NCBI RefSeq assembly: GCF_003334785.1 | Contig: NZ_QOWV01000014.1 | From: Escherichia coli | GTDB lineage: Bacteria > Pseudomonadota > Gammaproteobacteria > Enterobacterales > Enterobacteriaceae | Direction: 5' to 3' (one strand) | DNA: 64,000 nucleotides | Shown here: one piece after another, positions 51,846-63,202 of the stretch | How the letters are laid out: every line of letters starts with the position of its first letter | How positions within the stretch are numbered: the stretch's first letter is position 1 | Position numbers and translations under genes: made by a program | Notes under the pieces: model-generated | What the model saw: the letters and a program-made list of their open reading frames with translations, nothing else | What the model was told of the DNA's origin: nothing | The model's database searches: none

Positions 51846-52823
51846 ATGATTTTCACGTCAAGTTGCTGCGATAATTTATCAATAGATGAGATTATCGAAC
51901 GTGCTGAAAAAGGCGATTGCGAGGCTCAATATATTGTTGGGTTTTATTATAATCGCGATAGCGCAATTGATTCTCCGGACGACGAAAAAGCCTTTTACTG
52001 GCTGAAGCTGGCCGCTGAGCAAGGTCATTGTGAAGCACAGTATTCCTTAGGGCAAAAGTATACCGAGGATAAAAGCCGTCATAAAGATAATGAGCAAGCC
52101 ATCTTCTGGCTGAAAAAAGCTGCCCTACAAGGCCATACTTTCGCTTCCAACGCCCTTGGCTGGACACTGGATCGTGGAGAAGCCCCCAATTATAAAGAAG
52201 CGGTTGTCTGGTATCAGATAGCCGCGGAGAGCGGAATGTCTTATGCGCAAAATAATCTTGGGTGGATGTACAGAAATGGCAACGGAGTCGCAAAAGACTA
52301 TGCGCTGGCATTTTTCTGGTACAAACAAGCTGCATTACAAGGCCATAGTGACGCGCAAAACAATCTGGCCGATCTTTATGAAGACGGAAAAGGCGTTGCT
52401 CAAAACAAGACACTCGCCGCATTCTGGTATTTGAAAAGCGCACAGCAGGGTAATCGGCACGCCCAGTTTCAAATTGCATGGGATTATAACGCTGGCGAAG
52501 GGGTGGACCAGGACTATAAGCAAGCGATGTACTGGTATCTGAAGGCTGCCGCTCAGGGGAGCGTCGGCGCTTACGTCAACATCGGTTATATGTATAAACA
52601 CGGACAAGGCGTTGAGAAAGATTATCAGGCTGCCTTTGAATGGTTTACGAAAGCCGCTGAATGCAATGACGCCACTGCCTGGTATAACCTGGCCATTATG
52701 TATCACTACGGAGAAGGAAGACCTGTCGATCTCCGACAGGCTCTCGACCTGTATCGTAAAGTTCAGTCATCCGGAACCAGAGATGTCAGTCAGGAAATTC
52801 GTGAGACTGAAGATTTACTGTAG
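51846..52823 (+). CDS. ybeQ: Sel1-repeat protein YbeQ
   Basis: Track ORF 51840..52823; start taken as ATG 51846 (MIFTSSCCDNLSIDEIIERAEKGDCEAQYIVGFYYN...), 51840 also possible; at least seven Sel1-like repeats by eye. Confidence 0.85.
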   Translation: MIFTSSCCDNLSIDEIIERAEKGDCEAQYIVGFYYNRDSAIDSPDDEKAFYWLKLAAEQGHCEAQYSLGQKYTEDKSRHKDNEQAIFWLKKAALQGHTFASNALGWTLDRGEAPNYKEAVVWYQIAAESGMSYAQNNLGWMYRNGNGVAKDYALAFFWYKQAALQGHSDAQNNLADLYEDGKGVAQNKTLAAFWYLKSAQQGNRHAQFQIAWDYNAGEGVDQDYKQAMYWYLKAAAQGSVGAYVNIGYMYKHGQGVEKDYQAAFEWFTKAAECNDATAWYNLAIMYHYGEGRPVDLRQALDLYRKVQSSGTRDVSQEIRETEDLL

Positions 52824-52829
52824 AGATAA

Positions 52830-52870
52830 AAACAAGGGCCGGGGAATTTCATTCGGCCCATATTCTCTTT
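52830..52870. terminator. Bidirectional terminator between the convergent ybeQ and ybeL (gggccg ... cggccc with A-rich and T-rich flanks)
   Basis: Read from the sequence. Confidence 0.6.
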
Positions 52871-52892
52871 ATTGCTGTGCGAAATCAGACTA

Positions 52893-53375
52893 TTACGGCT
52901 CAAACGGGCGTCTCTGGAACTGGTCATGACCACATTTCGGGCATAGCGTCAGCACTTCCGGTGTGTAGATCGGGAGATGGAAGTGACATTTCTCGCAGAC
53001 CAGATTTCCCAGCCCGACCACTTCTCCGCTGTGATAAACCCCATGATGATTGAGGTCCTGGAAAACTTCGCGCCATTCAAGCTGCGTTTTATCGGTGATG
53101 TCTGCCAGCTCCTGCCACAAGCTTTCTTTAATCACCCGCATAAAGACGCTGTCAGATTCTTCTTTCAGGCTCTCTTCATAGCTCATGGCGAACTCTTCCA
53201 GGTCACGTCTGACAGCTCGCGTCAGCTCATCGACCTCGGTTCGCGTTAACTCCCCTGTTTTTATTACGCGCTCGCGCGCCTGTTCCACCAGTGCGTCGAT
53301 ATCACGTTCGCCATTGCGCAGGCGTTCGCTCAGTGACGCAACCAGTTCACGGTAATATTGAGCAACCTTGTTCAT
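52893..53375 (-). CDS. ybeL: Zinc-ribbon-containing protein YbeL (DUF1451), 160 aa
   Basis: Track ORF, MNKVAQYYRELVASLSERLRNGERDIDALVEQ...; C-terminal CEKCHFHLP...CPKCGH zinc ribbon. Confidence 0.88.
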   Translation of the reverse strand: MNKVAQYYRELVASLSERLRNGERDIDALVEQARERVIKTGELTRTEVDELTRAVRRDLEEFAMSYEESLKEESDSVFMRVIKESLWQELADITDKTQLEWREVFQDLNHHGVYHSGEVVGLGNLVCEKCHFHLPIYTPEVLTLCPKCGHDQFQRRPFEP

Positions 53376-53609
53376 CGTTTCATCTCCCGGGTCGTTAACT
53401 GACTATAATAATAGACGTTCTTTGTTCCTTGCTTTGCTAATACGCCCACAAACTCTGTAAATTAATGTATGAATAATCCGGGCATCATTTCAACGTCGAG
53501 TGCGCGAAAGGCTGTTTTGACGCGGACGTTTGGGCTATGCTATGCGGATCTGAAAAACCACCTCAACGCTACATTTGTAGCCGTATTGAAAACAGGACCA
53601 CTGGCTGCC

Positions 53610-56192
53610 ATGCAAGAGCAATACCGCCCGGAAGAGATAGAATCCAAAGTACAGCTTCATTGGGATGAGAAGCGCACATTTGAAGTAACCGAAGACGAGA
53701 GCAAAGAGAAGTATTACTGCCTGTCTATGCTTCCCTATCCTTCTGGTCGACTACACATGGGCCACGTACGTAACTACACCATCGGTGACGTGATCGCCCG
53801 CTACCAGCGTATGCTGGGCAAAAACGTCCTGCAGCCGATCGGCTGGGACGCGTTTGGTCTGCCTGCGGAAGGCGCGGCGGTGAAAAACAACACCGCTCCG
53901 GCACCGTGGACGTACGACAACATCGCGTATATGAAAAACCAGCTCAAAATGCTGGGCTTTGGTTATGACTGGAGCCGCGAGCTGGCAACCTGTACGCCGG
54001 AATACTACCGTTGGGAACAGAAATTCTTCACCGAGCTGTATAAAAAAGGCCTGGTATATAAGAAGACTTCTGCGGTCAACTGGTGCCCGAACGACCAGAC
54101 CGTACTGGCGAACGAACAAGTTATCGACGGCTGCTGCTGGCGCTGCGATACTAAAGTTGAACGTAAAGAGATCCCGCAGTGGTTTATCAAAATCACTGCT
54201 TACGCTGACGAGCTGCTCAACGATCTGGATAAACTGGATCACTGGCCAGACACCGTTAAAACCATGCAGCGTAACTGGATCGGTCGTTCCGAAGGCGTGG
54301 AGATCACCTTCAACGTTAACGACTATGACAACACGCTGACCGTTTACACTACCCGCCCGGACACCTTTATGGGTTGTACCTACCTGGCGGTAGCTGCGGG
54401 TCATCCGCTGGCGCAGAAAGCGGCGGAAAATAATCCTGAACTGGCGGCCTTTATTGACGAATGCCGTAACACCAAAGTTGCCGAAGCTGAAATGGCGACG
54501 ATGGAGAAAAAAGGCGTCGATACTGGCTTTAAAGCGGTTCACCCATTAACGGGCGAAGAAATTCCCGTTTGGGCAGCAAACTTCGTATTGATGGAGTACG
54601 GCACGGGCGCAGTTATGGCGGTACCGGGGCACGACCAGCGCGACTACGAGTTTGCCTCTAAATACGGCCTGAACATCAAACCGGTTATCCTGGCAGCTGA
54701 CGGCTCTGAGCCAGATCTTTCTCAGCAAGCCCTGACTGAAAAAGGCGTGCTGTTCAACTCTGGCGAGTTCAACGGTCTTGACCATGAAGCGGCCTTCAAC
54801 GCCATCGCCGATAAACTGACTGCGATGGGCGTTGGCGAGCGTAAAGTGAACTACCGCCTGCGCGACTGGGGTGTTTCCCGTCAGCGTTACTGGGGCGCGC
54901 CGATTCCGATGGTGACGCTGGAAGACGGTACCGTAATGCCGACCCCGGACGACCAGCTGCCGGTGATCCTGCCGGAAGATGTGGTAATGGACGGCATTAC
55001 CAGCCCGATTAAAGCAGATCCGGAGTGGGCGAAAACTACCGTTAACGGTATGCCAGCACTGCGTGAAACCGACACTTTCGACACCTTTATGGAGTCCTCC
55101 TGGTACTATGCGCGCTACACTTGCCCGCAGTACAAAGAAGGTATGCTGGATTCCGAAGCGGCTAACTACTGGCTGCCGGTGGATATCTACATTGGTGGTA
55201 TTGAACACGCCATTATGCACCTGCTCTACTTCCGCTTCTTCCACAAACTGATGCGTGATGCAGGCATGGTGAACTCTGACGAACCAGCGAAACAGTTGCT
55301 GTGTCAGGGTATGGTGCTGGCAGATGCCTTCTACTATGTTGGCGAAAACGGCGAACGTAACTGGGTTTCCCCGGTTGATGCTATCGTTGAACGTGACGAG
55401 AAAGGCCGTATCGTGAAAGCGAAAGATGCGGCAGGCCATGAACTGGTTTATACCGGCATGAGCAAAATGTCCAAGTCGAAGAACAACGGTATCGACCCGC
55501 AGGTGATGGTTGAACGTTACGGCGCGGACACCGTTCGTCTGTTTATGATGTTTGCTTCTCCGGCTGATATGACTCTCGAATGGCAGGAATCCGGTGTGGA
55601 AGGGGCTAACCGCTTCCTGAAACGTGTCTGGAAACTGGTTTACGAGCACACAGCAAAAGGTGATGTTGCGGCACTGAACGTTGATGCGCTGACTGAAAAT
55701 CAGAAAGCGCTGCGTCGCGATGTGCATAAAACGATCGCTAAAGTGACCGATGATATCGGCCGTCGTCAGACCTTCAACACCGCAATTGCGGCGATTATGG
55801 AGCTGATGAACAAACTGGCGAAAGCACCAACCGATGGCGAGCAGGATCGCGCTCTGATGCAGGAAGCACTGCTGGCCGTTGTCCGTATGCTTAACCCGTT
55901 CACCCCGCACATCTGCTTCACGCTGTGGCAGGAACTGAAAGGCGAAGGCGATATCGACAACGCGCCGTGGCCGGTTGCTGACGAAAAAGCGATGGTGGAA
56001 GACTCCACGCTGGTCGTGGTGCAGGTTAACGGTAAAGTCCGTGCCAAAATCACCGTTCCGGTGGACGCAACGGAAGAACAGGTTCGCGAACGTGCTGGCC
56101 AGGAACATCTGGTAGCAAAATATCTTGATGGCGTTACTGTACGTAAAGTGATTTACGTACCAGGTAAACTCCTCAATCTGGTCGTTGGCTAA
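53610..56192 (+). CDS. leuS: Leucyl-tRNA synthetase
   Basis: Track ORF 53469..56192 trimmed to ATG 53610 ([56 protein letters not shown]...), 860 aa; HMGH and KMSKS motifs. Confidence 0.97.
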
Positions 56193-56206
56193 GCGCGGGA
56201 GGAAGC

Positions 56207-56788
56207 GTGCGATATCTGGCAACATTGTTGTTATCTCTGGCGGTGTTAATCACCGCCGGGTGTGGCTGGCATCTGCGTGATACCACGCAGGTTCCTTCCA
56301 CTATGAAGGTCATGATCCTGGACTCAGGCGATCCGAACGGGCCATTAAGCCGTGCGGTGCGTAACCAGTTACGTCTGAATGGTGTCGAGTTGCTTGATAA
56401 AGAAACCACGCGTAAGGACGTTCCATCCTTGCGTTTGGGTAAAGTGAGCATCGCGAAAGATACCGCATCGGTATTCCGTAACGGTCAAACAGCAGAGTAT
56501 CAGATGATCATGACGGTTAATGCGACCGTGTTGATCCCCGGCCGTGATATCTACCCGATTAGCGCCAAAGTCTTCCGTTCGTTCTTCGATAACCCGCAAA
56601 TGGCGTTAGCGAAAGATAACGAACAAGACATGATCGTAAAAGAGATGTACGACCGTGCTGCCGAACAGCTGATTCGTAAGCTGCCAAGCATCCGTGCTGC
56701 GGATATTCGTTCCGACGAAGAACAGACGTCGACCACAACGGATACTCCGGCAACGCCTGCACGCGTCTCCACCACGCTGGGTAACTGA
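56207..56788 (+). CDS. lptE: LPS-assembly lipoprotein LptE (RlpB)
   Basis: Track ORF 193 aa with GTG start, [30 protein letters not shown]...; lipobox ITAGC; stop overlaps the holA ATG. Confidence 0.93.
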
Positions 56789-57819
56789 TGATTCGGTTGT
56801 ACCCGGAACAACTCCGCGCGCAGCTCAATGAAGGGCTGCGCGCGGCGTATCTTTTACTTGGTAACGATCCTCTGTTATTGCAGGAAAGCCAGGACGCTGT
56901 TCGTCAGGTAGCTGCGGCACAAGGATTCGAAGAACACCACACTTTTTCCATTGATCCCAACACTGACTGGAATGCGATCTTTTCGTTATGCCAGGCTATG
57001 AGTCTGTTTGCCAGTCGACAAACGCTATTGCTGTTGTTACCAGAAAACGGACCGAATGCGGCGATCAATGAGCAACTTCTCACACTCACCGGACTTCTGC
57101 ATGACGACCTGCTGTTGATCGTCCGCGGTAATAAATTAAGCAAAGCGCAAGAAAATGCCGCCTGGTTTACTGCGCTTGCGAATCGCAGCGTGCAGGTGAC
57201 CTGTCAGACACCGGAGCAGGCTCAGCTTCCCCGCTGGGTTGCTGCGCGCGCAAAACAGCTCAACTTAGAACTGGATGACGCGGCAAATCAGGTGCTCTGC
57301 TACTGTTATGAAGGTAACCTGCTGGCGCTGGCTCAGGCACTGGAGCGTTTATCGCTGCTCTGGCCAGACGGCAAATTGACATTACCGCGCGTTGAACAGG
57401 CGGTGAATGATGCCGCGCATTTCACCCCTTTTCATTGGGTTGATGCTTTGTTGATGGGAAAAAGTAAGCGCGCATTGCATATTCTTCAGCAACTGCGTCT
57501 GGAAGGCAGCGAACCGGTTATTTTGTTGCGCACATTACAACGTGAACTGTTGTTACTGGTTAACCTGAAACGCCAGTCTGCCCATACGCCACTGCGTGCG
57601 TTGTTTGATAAGCATCGGGTATGGCAGAACCGCCGGGGCATGATGGGCGAGGCGTTAAATCGCTTAAGTCAGACGCAGTTACGTCAGGCCGTGCAACTCC
57701 TGACACGAACGGAACTCACCCTCAAACAAGATTACGGTCAGTCAGTGTGGGCAGAGCTGGAAGGGTTATCTCTTCTGTTGTGCCATAAACCCCTGGCGGA
57801 CGTATTTATCGACGGTTGA
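56788..57819 (+). CDS. holA: DNA polymerase III delta subunit
   Basis: Track ORF 343 aa, [40 protein letters not shown]... Confidence 0.95.
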
Positions 57820-57820
57820 T

Positions 57821-58462
57821 ATGAAATCTTTACAGGCTCTGTTTGGCGGCACCTTTGATCCGGTGCACTATGGTCATCTAAAACCCGTGGAAACGCTGGC
57901 GAATTTGATTGGTCTGACGCGGGTCACAATCATCCCTAATAATGTTCCTCCGCATCGTCCCCAGCCGGAAGCGAACAGCGTGCAGCGTAAACACATGCTT
58001 GAACTGGCGATTGCCGACAAGCCATTATTTACTCTTGATGAACGCGAGCTAAAGCGCAATGCCCCCTCTTACACTGCGCAAACACTGAAAGAGTGGCGGC
58101 AGGAACAAGGACCGGACGTGCCGCTGGCGTTTATTATTGGTCAGGATTCACTGCTGACCTTTCCGACCTGGTACGAATACGAAACGATACTCGACAATGC
58201 ACATTTGATCGTCTGTCGGCGTCCAGGTTACCCACTTGAAATGGCGCAACCGCAATACCAGCAATGGCTGGAAGATCATTTGACACATAACCCGGAAGAT
58301 CTTCACCTTCAGCCTGCCGGTAAAATTTATCTGGCTGAAACGCCGTGGTTTAACATCTCGGCGACCATCATCCGCGAACGTTTGCAAAACGGTGAATCAT
58401 GTGAGGATTTATTGCCGGAACCGGTACTGACTTACATTAACCAACAAGGCTTGTATCGCTGA
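57821..58462 (+). CDS. nadD: Nicotinate-mononucleotide adenylyltransferase
   Basis: Track ORF 213 aa, [32 protein letters not shown]...; (H/T)xGH nucleotidyltransferase motif. Confidence 0.95.
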
Positions 58463-58485
58463 TACCTGTCGTTACGGAGGGCATG

Positions 58486-59097
58486 ATGCGACTGTGGTTA
58501 ATTCGTCATGGTGAAACGCAAGCGAATATCGATGGTCTTTACAGCGGTCATGCGCCCACCCCCCTGACCGCGCGCGGTATTGAGCAAGCGCAAAATCTGC
58601 ATACGCTGCTACATGGTGTTTCCTTTGATCTGGTTTTATGCAGTGAACTGGAACGGGCACAGCATACCGCGCGACTGGTTCTCAGTGACCGCCAGCTCCC
58701 CGTGCAAATCATACCTGAACTCAACGAAATGTTTTTTGGCGACTGGGAGATGCGACATCATCGCGACCTCATGCAAGAAGATGCCGAAAACTATAGCGCG
58801 TGGTGCAATGACTGGCAGCATGCAATCCCCACGAACGGTGAAGGATTTCAGGCATTTTCGCAACGTGTGGAACGCTTTATCGCAAGGCTTAGTGAATTTC
58901 AGCACTATCAGAATATTTTAGTCGTCAGCCATCAGGGTGTACTGAGTCTGTTAATCGCCCGTTTAATTGGCATGCCTGCCGAGGCTATGTGGCATTTTCG
59001 CGTTGACCAGGGGTGTTGGAGCGCCATTGATATCAACCAAAAATTCGCGACGCTACGCGTCCTCAATAGCCGTGCCATCGGGGTCGAGAATGCATGA
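58486..59097 (+). CDS. cobC: Histidine-phosphatase family alpha-ribazole phosphatase CobC (PhpB)
   Basis: Track ORF 58483..59097; the second ATG (58486) gives MRLWLIRHGETQANIDGLYSGHAPTPL... (203 aa); RHGE catalytic motif. Confidence 0.9.
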   Translation: MRLWLIRHGETQANIDGLYSGHAPTPLTARGIEQAQNLHTLLHGVSFDLVLCSELERAQHTARLVLSDRQLPVQIIPELNEMFFGDWEMRHHRDLMQEDAENYSAWCNDWQHAIPTNGEGFQAFSQRVERFIARLSEFQHYQNILVVSHQGVLSLLIARLIGMPAEAMWHFRVDQGCWSAIDINQKFATLRVLNSRAIGVENA

Positions 59098-59338
59098 CTT
59101 TTCTGTTTTTTTACGGGTAAGCCGCAACGACCATTGACAGACCCGGGCAGGCTGATATTCTCCGCAGCCAGACTTTTTCCGCCAGACACGACTTTGTAGA
59201 AATTGTTTTACAAAAATGGCGATGCAATCTGCGGCGCGGGGTGGGATGATAGCCCACTTTCGAAAGCCGATTCGGCGACAATTGTCCCGAAATCGCCTCT
59301 GGTTCAGGTATACTGACAGACCATTTTTATCTATTTGA

Positions 59339-59674
<336 letters not shown>

Positions 59675-59677
59675 TGC

Positions 59678-60145
59678 GTGAAGCTGCAACTTGTCGCCGT
59701 GGGAACGAAAATGCCGGACTGGGTACAAACCGGTTTTACCGAGTACCTGCGTCGTTTTCCGAAAGATATGCCCTTCGAGCTGATTGAAATTCCGGCCGGA
59801 AAACGCGGCAAGAATGCGGACATCAAGCGCATACTCGACAAAGAGGGTGAGCAGATGTTGGCGGCCGCAGGCAAAAACCGCATTGTCACCCTCGATATTC
59901 CAGGCAAGCCCTGGGATACGCCGCAGTTAGCCGCTGAGCTGGAACGCTGGAAGCTGGATGGTCGCGACGTCAGTCTACTGATTGGCGGGCCTGAAGGGTT
60001 GTCGCCTGCCTGTAAAGCGGCGGCTGAGCAGAGCTGGTCGCTGTCGGCGCTTACCCTCCCCCATCCGCTGGTTCGCGTGCTGGTCGCAGAGAGTCTGTAC
60101 CGGGCGTGGAGCATCACCACCAACCATCCTTATCACCGTGAGTGA
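59678..60145 (+). CDS. rlmH: 23S rRNA (pseudouridine1915-N3)-methyltransferase RlmH (YbeA)
   Basis: Track ORF 155 aa with GTG start, [46 protein letters not shown]... Confidence 0.93.
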
Positions 60146-60175
60146 TAAGGGAGCTTTGAGTAGAAAACGCAGCGG

Positions 60176-62077
60176 ATGAAACTACAGAACTCTTTTCGCG
60201 ACTATACGGCAGAGTCCGCGCTGTTTGTGCGCCGGGCGCTGGTCGCCTTTTTGGGGATTTTGCTGCTGACCGGCGTGCTTATCGCCAACCTGTATAATCT
60301 GCAAATTGTTCGCTTTACCGACTACCAGACCCGCTCTAATGAAAACCGCATTAAGCTGGTGCCTATCGCGCCCAGCCGCGGCATTATCTACGATCGTAAC
60401 GGTATCCCTCTGGCCCTCAACCGCACTATCTACCAGATAGAAATGATGCCGGAGAAAGTCGATAACGTGCAGCAAACGCTGGACGCTTTGCGCAGCGTGG
60501 TAGATCTGACCGATGACGATATTGCTGCATTCCGAAAAGAGCGCGCACGTTCACACCGTTTCACCTCTATTCCGGTGAAAACTAACCTGACCGAAGTACA
60601 AGTAGCTCGCTTTGCCGTCAATCAGTACCGTTTTCCGGGTGTCGAAGTTAAAGGCTATAAACGTCGTTACTATCCTTACGGTTCGGCGTTGACCCACGTC
60701 ATCGGCTATGTGTCGAAAATCAACGATAAAGACGTCGAACGCCTGAATAATGACGGCAAACTGGCCAACTATGCGGCAACGCATGATATCGGTAAGCTGG
60801 GCATTGAGCGTTACTATGAAGATGTGCTGCACGGTCAGACCGGTTATGAAGAGGTTGAAGTTAACAACCGTGGGCGTGTTATTCGCCAGTTAAAAGAAGT
60901 ACCACCGCAAGCCGGACACGATATTTACCTGACGCTGGATCTCAAACTCCAGCAATATATTGAAACGCTGCTGGCGGGTAGCCGCGCAGCTGTGGTAGTC
61001 ACCGATCCGCGTACAGGTGGGGTGCTGGCGCTGGTTTCCACGCCTAGTTATGACCCAAACTTGTTTGTTGACGGTATCTCCAGCAAAGATTATTCCGCCT
61101 TGTTGAACGATCCGAATACACCGCTGGTGAACCGCGCCACACAGGGGGTTTATCCTCCCGCGTCTACAGTTAAACCCTATGTGGCGGTTTCGGCATTGAG
61201 CGCCGGGGTGATCACGCGCAATACGACGCTGTTTGACCCAGGCTGGTGGCAACTGCCAGGTTCGGAAAAACGTTATCGTGACTGGAAAAAATGGGGCCAC
61301 GGGCGTCTGAATGTCACAAGATCGCTGGAAGAATCTGCGGATACCTTCTTCTATCAGGTGGCCTACGATATGGGGATCGATCGCCTCTCCGAATGGATGG
61401 GTAAATTCGGTTATGGTCATTACACCGGTATCGACCTGGCGGAAGAACGTTCCGGCAACATGCCTACCCGCGAATGGAAACAGAAACGCTTTAAAAAACC
61501 GTGGTATCAGGGTGACACCATTCCGGTTGGTATCGGTCAGGGTTACTGGACAGCGACCCCAATCCAGATGAGTAAGGCACTGATGATCCTGATTAATGAC
61601 GGTATCGTGAAGGTTCCTCATTTGCTGATGAGCACCGCCGAAGACGGCAAACAGGTGCCATGGGTACAGCCGCATGAACCGCCCGTCGGCGATATTCATT
61701 CCGGTTACTGGGAGCTGGCGAAAGACGGTATGTACGGTGTTGCTAACCGCCCTAACGGTACGGCGCATAAATACTTTGCTAGCGCACCGTACAAAATTGC
61801 GGCGAAATCCGGTACCGCTCAGGTCTTCGGTCTGAAAGCGAACGAAACCTATAATGCGCACAAAATTGCCGAGCGTTTACGTGACCACAAACTGATGACC
61901 GCCTTTGCGCCATACAACAATCCGCAAGTGGCTGTCGCCATGATTCTGGAGAACGGTGGTGCGGGTCCGGCGGTTGGTACACTGATGCGCCAGATCCTCG
62001 ACCACATTATGCTGGGTGATAACAACACCGATCTGCCTGCGGAAAATCCAGCGGTTGCCGCAGCGGAGGACCATTAA
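60176..62077 (+). CDS. mrdA: Peptidoglycan D,D-transpeptidase PBP2
   Basis: Track ORF 633 aa, [58 protein letters not shown]...; STVK active-site motif. Confidence 0.97.
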   Translation: MKLQNSFRDYTAESALFVRRALVAFLGILLLTGVLIANLYNLQIVRFTDYQTRSNENRIKLVPIAPSRGIIYDRNGIPLALNRTIYQIEMMPEKVDNVQQTLDALRSVVDLTDDDIAAFRKERARSHRFTSIPVKTNLTEVQVARFAVNQYRFPGVEVKGYKRRYYPYGSALTHVIGYVSKINDKDVERLNNDGKLANYAATHDIGKLGIERYYEDVLHGQTGYEEVEVNNRGRVIRQLKEVPPQAGHDIYLTLDLKLQQYIETLLAGSRAAVVVTDPRTGGVLALVSTPSYDPNLFVDGISSKDYSALLNDPNTPLVNRATQGVYPPASTVKPYVAVSALSAGVITRNTTLFDPGWWQLPGSEKRYRDWKKWGHGRLNVTRSLEESADTFFYQVAYDMGIDRLSEWMGKFGYGHYTGIDLAEERSGNMPTREWKQKRFKKPWYQGDTIPVGIGQGYWTATPIQMSKALMILINDGIVKVPHLLMSTAEDGKQVPWVQPHEPPVGDIHSGYWELAKDGMYGVANRPNGTAHKYFASAPYKIAAKSGTAQVFGLKANETYNAHKIAERLRDHKLMTAFAPYNNPQVAVAMILENGGAGPAVGTLMRQILDHIMLGDNNTDLPAENPAVAAAEDH

Positions 62078-62079
62078 TC

Positions 62080-63192
62080 ATGACGGATAATCCGAATAAA
62101 AAAACATTCTGGGATAAAGTCCATCTCGATCCCACAATGCTGCTGATCTTACTGGCATTGCTGGTTTACAGCGCCCTGGTTATCTGGAGCGCCAGCGGTC
62201 AGGATATTGGCATGATGGAGCGTAAAATCGGCCAAATCGCGATGGGTCTGGTCATCATGGTGGTGATGGCGCAAATTCCTCCACGCGTTTATGAAGGCTG
62301 GGCCCCCTATCTCTATATCATCTGTATTATTTTGCTGGTGGCGGTAGATGCTTTCGGTGCCATCTCTAAAGGTGCTCAACGCTGGCTGGACCTCGGTATT
62401 GTTCGTTTTCAGCCGTCGGAAATTGCCAAAATAGCCGTACCACTGATGGTTGCGCGCTTTATCAACCGCGACGTTTGCCCGCCATCGTTGAAGAACACTG
62501 GCATCGCGCTGGTGCTGATATTTATGCCCACGCTGCTGGTGGCTGCACAGCCTGACCTGGGAACATCAATCCTCGTTGCGCTTTCCGGTCTGTTTGTACT
62601 GTTCCTCTCTGGCCTTAGCTGGCGTCTGATTGGCGTCGCAGTAGTGCTGGTAGCGGCGTTCATTCCGATTCTGTGGTTCTTCCTGATGCATGATTACCAG
62701 CGCCAGCGCGTAATGATGCTCCTGGACCCGGAATCAGACCCACTCGGCGCGGGCTATCACATTATTCAGTCTAAAATTGCTATTGGCTCCGGCGGATTAC
62801 GCGGCAAAGGCTGGCTGCACGGCACTCAGTCACAGCTTGAATTTCTCCCCGAACGCCATACTGACTTTATCTTCGCGGTACTGGCGGAAGAGCTGGGATT
62901 AGTGGGCATTCTGATTCTGCTCGCTCTCTACATTCTGCTGATCATGCGCGGGCTGTGGATAGCCGCCAGAGCGCAAACCACCTTTGGTCGCGTCATGGCT
63001 GGCGGCTTAATGCTGATATTATTCGTTTATGTCTTCGTAAATATTGGTATGGTAAGCGGTATTCTGCCGGTTGTAGGGGTTCCGCTCCCACTGGTCAGTT
63101 ATGGAGGATCGGCGCTAATTGTGCTGATGGCTGGGTTCGGGATTGTAATGTCAATCCACACCCACAGGAAAATGTTGTCGAAAAGCGTGTAA
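62080..63192 (+). CDS. mrdB: SEDS-family peptidoglycan glycosyltransferase RodA
   Basis: Track ORF 370 aa, [52 protein letters not shown]... Confidence 0.97.
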   Translation: MTDNPNKKTFWDKVHLDPTMLLILLALLVYSALVIWSASGQDIGMMERKIGQIAMGLVIMVVMAQIPPRVYEGWAPYLYIICIILLVAVDAFGAISKGAQRWLDLGIVRFQPSEIAKIAVPLMVARFINRDVCPPSLKNTGIALVLIFMPTLLVAAQPDLGTSILVALSGLFVLFLSGLSWRLIGVAVVLVAAFIPILWFFLMHDYQRQRVMMLLDPESDPLGAGYHIIQSKIAIGSGGLRGKGWLHGTQSQLEFLPERHTDFIFAVLAEELGLVGILILLALYILLIMRGLWIAARAQTTFGRVMAGGLMLILFVYVFVNIGMVSGILPVVGVPLPLVSYGGSALIVLMAGFGIVMSIHTHRKMLSKSV

Positions 63193-63202
63193 GAGGTGCG
63201 CA

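Noticed and set aside
54546-56225. 559-aa minus-strand ORF spanning the 3' half of leuS
   Set aside because: Antisense to leuS; no recognisable domain features and no plausible start context.
60890-61861. 323-aa minus-strand ORF inside mrdA
   Set aside because: Antisense to PBP2; same reasoning.
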